Assembly (NCBI GenBank): GCA_964527375.1
Contig: CAZGPL010000001.1
Location: 1-34,189, forward strand
Reading direction: 5' to 3'
Length of the DNA: 34,189 bases
DNA from: an uncultured Candidatus Saccharibacteria bacterium
GTDB taxonomy: Bacteria > Patescibacteriota > WWE3 > UBA101185 > UBA10185
Both the position numbers and the translations under genes were made by a program. Below, piece by piece: positions 32,407 to 34,189 of this stretch. The notes under the pieces are model-generated. The model did not search any database, was not told where the DNA came from, and saw only the letters and a program-made list of their open reading frames with translations. Each line of letters opens with the position of its first letter. Within the stretch, counting starts at the first letter, position 1.

Positions 32407-32756
32407 TATTTTTCAGCCCTTTCATCCAAACTAATATAAATATGACTAGATCTTTTCAATATAGGATCAACTCTTCCTTTAGCTCCCGGGCTCATTCTTT
32501 TTTGCACGGGACCACCACTGACCCATATTCTATTTATAAATAATTTATCTTTTTGCATTTTTTTATTATTAACTGCGTTTGCTTCAGCAGATCTTAAAAC
32601 CTTTAATACTATTTTTGCTGATTTGGTAGTATCAAAAGCCAATATCTTTTTGGCCTCATTTACATTTTTTCCTCTTACAAGATCCAAAACTATAGCGACT
32701 TTTTTTGGCGATACTCGTGCACCCATTTGTTTTGCTGTAATACTAACGTCGTACAT
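32406..32756 (-). CDS. rplV: 50S ribosomal protein L22 (uL22)
   Basis: AKQMGARVSPKKVAIVLDLVRGKNVNEAKKILAF...GPVQKRMSPGAKGRVDPILKRSSHIYISL. ATG 32756 lies 1 nt after the rpsS stop. The longer ORF to 32819 overlaps rpsS. Confidence 0.9.
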   Translation of the reverse strand: MYDVSITAKQMGARVSPKKVAIVLDLVRGKNVNEAKKILAFDTTKSAKIVLKVLRSAEANAVNNKKMQKDKLFINRIWVSGGPVQKRMSPGAKGRVDPILKRSSHIYISLDERAEK

Positions 32757-32757
32757 A

Positions 32758-33027
32758 TTATGCAGTACCTTTCTTAGAGGAGTGAGCTCTAAATGTTCTT
32801 GTAGGAGAAAACTCTCCAAGCTTATGACCTACCATAGACTCCGTAACAAAAACAGGTATATGTTTTTTTCCGTTGTGCACTTCGAAGGTTAAACCAACCA
32901 TTTCAGGTACTATTGTAGATGCTCTGGCCCAAGTTTTTATAGGTTTTCTATCACCTGCTAAAGCTTTTTTGACTTTTTTCATTAATTTTTCGTCTGTAAA
33001 TATTCCTTTTTTTAATGATCTTGACAT
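32758..33027 (-). CDS. rpsS: 30S ribosomal protein S19 (uS19)
   Basis: [19 protein letters not shown]...[48 protein letters not shown]. Confidence 0.95.
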   Translation of the reverse strand: MSRSLKKGIFTDEKLMKKVKKALAGDRKPIKTWARASTIVPEMVGLTFEVHNGKKHIPVFVTESMVGHKLGEFSPTRTFRAHSSKKGTA

Positions 33028-33045
33028 AGTTATTTTTAAAAGAAT

Positions 33046-33879
33046 TTACTTCTTTTTTCCCTTTCTTCTACTAACTATAGTATAGTCCGTTCTTACTCTT
33101 TTTCTTGTTTTAACACCTTTCGTCTTCCAACCCCATGGTGATAGAGGAGCTACTCTACCAATTCCGGTAGTGCTATATTTACCTGCGTGTGGATGATCTC
33201 TATGAGGATCTCCCATTGCAACACCTCTTACATGAGGTCTTCTCCCAAGGTGTCTCTTTCTACCTGCTTTGCCAAGTACTACATTTCTTTTATCGATATT
33301 ACCTACAACACCTATTGTTGCATAACACAAACCAAGAATTTTCTTAACTTCCCCGCTTGGAAGTTTTACATTAACATAATCGCCCTCTTTTGCAATAATT
33401 TGAGCTTGGTTACCGGCGCCTCTGCATAGAATCCCCCCGGCTTTAGGATTAATCTCAATATTATGTATTGGGGTACCTATAGATATCTTAGACATAGGTA
33501 CACTATTTCCAACAGATATCTCAACATCCTCACCCGAAACAACAGTCATACCAACCTCCAAACCCTCGGGAGCAATTATATATCTCTTCTCCCCGTCAGA
33601 ATAAGATAAAAGAGCAATGTTAGGACCTCTGTTCGGATCATCTTGAATGCTAACAACTTTTGCAGGTATATCAAATTTATTCCTTTTAAAATCAACTACT
33701 CTATTAAGTCTTTTTGCACCTCTTTGTTTGTGTCTACTAGTAACTTTACCTCGGGATCTTCCAGCAGGACCCGATTTTCCCTTAGTTAAAGATTTAAGAG
33801 GTCTTACGGTATCAACACCCTTTACCAAGGTTTTTCTTGTTCTGAGCCCCTCACTTGTAGGTTTGTACGTTTTAATCAT
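33046..33879 (-). CDS. rplB: 50S ribosomal protein L2 (uL2)
   Basis: KPTSEGLR...GRSRGKVTSRHKQRG...GNQAQIIAKEGDYVNVKLPSGE...GKAGRKRHLGRRPHVRGVAMGDPHRDHPHAG. Confidence 0.95.
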   Translation of the reverse strand: MIKTYKPTSEGLRTRKTLVKGVDTVRPLKSLTKGKSGPAGRSRGKVTSRHKQRGAKRLNRVVDFKRNKFDIPAKVVSIQDDPNRGPNIALLSYSDGEKRYIIAPEGLEVGMTVVSGEDVEISVGNSVPMSKISIGTPIHNIEINPKAGGILCRGAGNQAQIIAKEGDYVNVKLPSGEVKKILGLCYATIGVVGNIDKRNVVLGKAGRKRHLGRRPHVRGVAMGDPHRDHPHAGKYSTTGIGRVAPLSPWGWKTKGVKTRKRVRTDYTIVSRRKGKKK

Positions 33880-33888
33880 TTTTAAAAA

Positions 33889-34182
33889 TTATTTATCCTT
33901 AGGGAAAAGATCTATACTTTGCCCTTCTTTTAATTTTACAACTGCCTTTTTCCATCTGGTCGGATTAGAAAAAAGTCTTGTTCTTCCAATTCTTGAAGAC
34001 TTTCCCGGCATTATAGCAGTTTTAACTTCTAAAGCATCAACTCCGTAAATATCTTTAACATCATTTCTTATAGAACCCTTAGTAGCCTTTAATGAAACTT
34101 TGAAAACATACTTACCATCGGAAGCATGATCATATGATTTTTCGGTTATTATTGGTTTTATTATTGATTTACCTAATCTCAT
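33889..34182 (-). CDS. rplW: 50S ribosomal protein L23 (uL23)
   Basis: IIKPIITEKSYDHASDGKYVFKVSLKATKGSIRNDVKDIYGVDALEVKT. Directly upstream of rplB. A TAA at 34183-34185 is probably the rplD stop, but the rplD reading frame cannot be checked from the few bases visible before the window edge. Confidence 0.9.
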   Translation of the reverse strand: MRLGKSIIKPIITEKSYDHASDGKYVFKVSLKATKGSIRNDVKDIYGVDALEVKTAIMPGKSSRIGRTRLFSNPTRWKKAVVKLKEGQSIDLFPKDK

Positions 34183-34189
34183 TTAGAAA

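Noticed and set aside
32757-32819. N-terminal extensions given by the longest-ORF track for rplV (to 32819), rplR (to 28520), rpsH (to 29468, TTG), ugd (to 21815, TTG), the GT-C genes (to 10031 and 16834, both TTG) and the flippase (to 4991).
   Set aside because: The extensions overlap the preceding gene and add residues not seen in these families. In each case an ATG lies immediately after the upstream stop, follows an SD-like site, or restores the usual family N-terminus, and gives the expected N-terminus.
33647-34048. 133-aa plus-strand ORF. Other plus-strand ORFs of the same kind include 24011-24340, 20593-20916, 17892-18206, 12894-13166, 32623-32892 and 29583-29837.
   Set aside because: All lie antisense to minus-strand genes with unmistakable protein signatures (L2/L23, CAP protein, Ugd, GT4, DUF2079, L22/S19, L5). 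Their translations are low-complexity Ser/Leu/Phe-rich strings, typical of the reverse frame of AT-rich coding DNA. None has an SD-like site or a recognisable motif.

Overview
This is an AT-rich 34-kb window. Every credible gene is on the minus strand, and genes are separated by 0-20 nt gaps or short start/stop overlaps.

Right ~9 kb (25051-34182): the core of the S10/spc ribosomal-protein cluster, in canonical order rplW-rplB-rpsS-rplV-rpsC-rplP-rpmC-rpsQ-rplN-rplX-rplE-rpsZ-rpsH-rplF-rplR-rpsE-rplO-secY. A YbaB/EbfC-like gene and adk follow. rpmD (L30) is absent; the rpsE-rplO gap is 1 nt. Together with the compact AT-rich architecture, this fits a Candidate Phyla Radiation/Patescibacteria-type genome. 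TGA is used as a stop (rpmC, rplR, rplX), so the code is standard, not a UGA-recoded lineage.

Left ~24 kb (1-25026): after a CAP-domain membrane protein and a small membrane protein comes one uninterrupted envelope-glycosylation array, made up of:
- five GT-C-type polytopic membrane glycosyltransferases, one of them DUF2079-like
- five GT2 enzymes plus the 5' end of a sixth; four look like polyprenol-phosphate-sugar synthases, and one of those is fused to a GtrA domain
- three GT4 enzymes and a UDP-glucose 6-dehydrogenase
- two MOP/Wzx-type flippases and a UPF0104 flippase-like protein
- a B12-binding-domain radical SAM enzyme

The only non-coding structure of note is a family of GC-rich dyad-symmetric GGGCTNAGCCC repeats. 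They sit at four gene boundaries within 51-6720, form perfect 26-28 nt palindromes, and show compensatory base changes. No rRNA, tRNA, CRISPR array, transposase or integrase was found. All functional calls come from reading motifs by eye, with no database searches.
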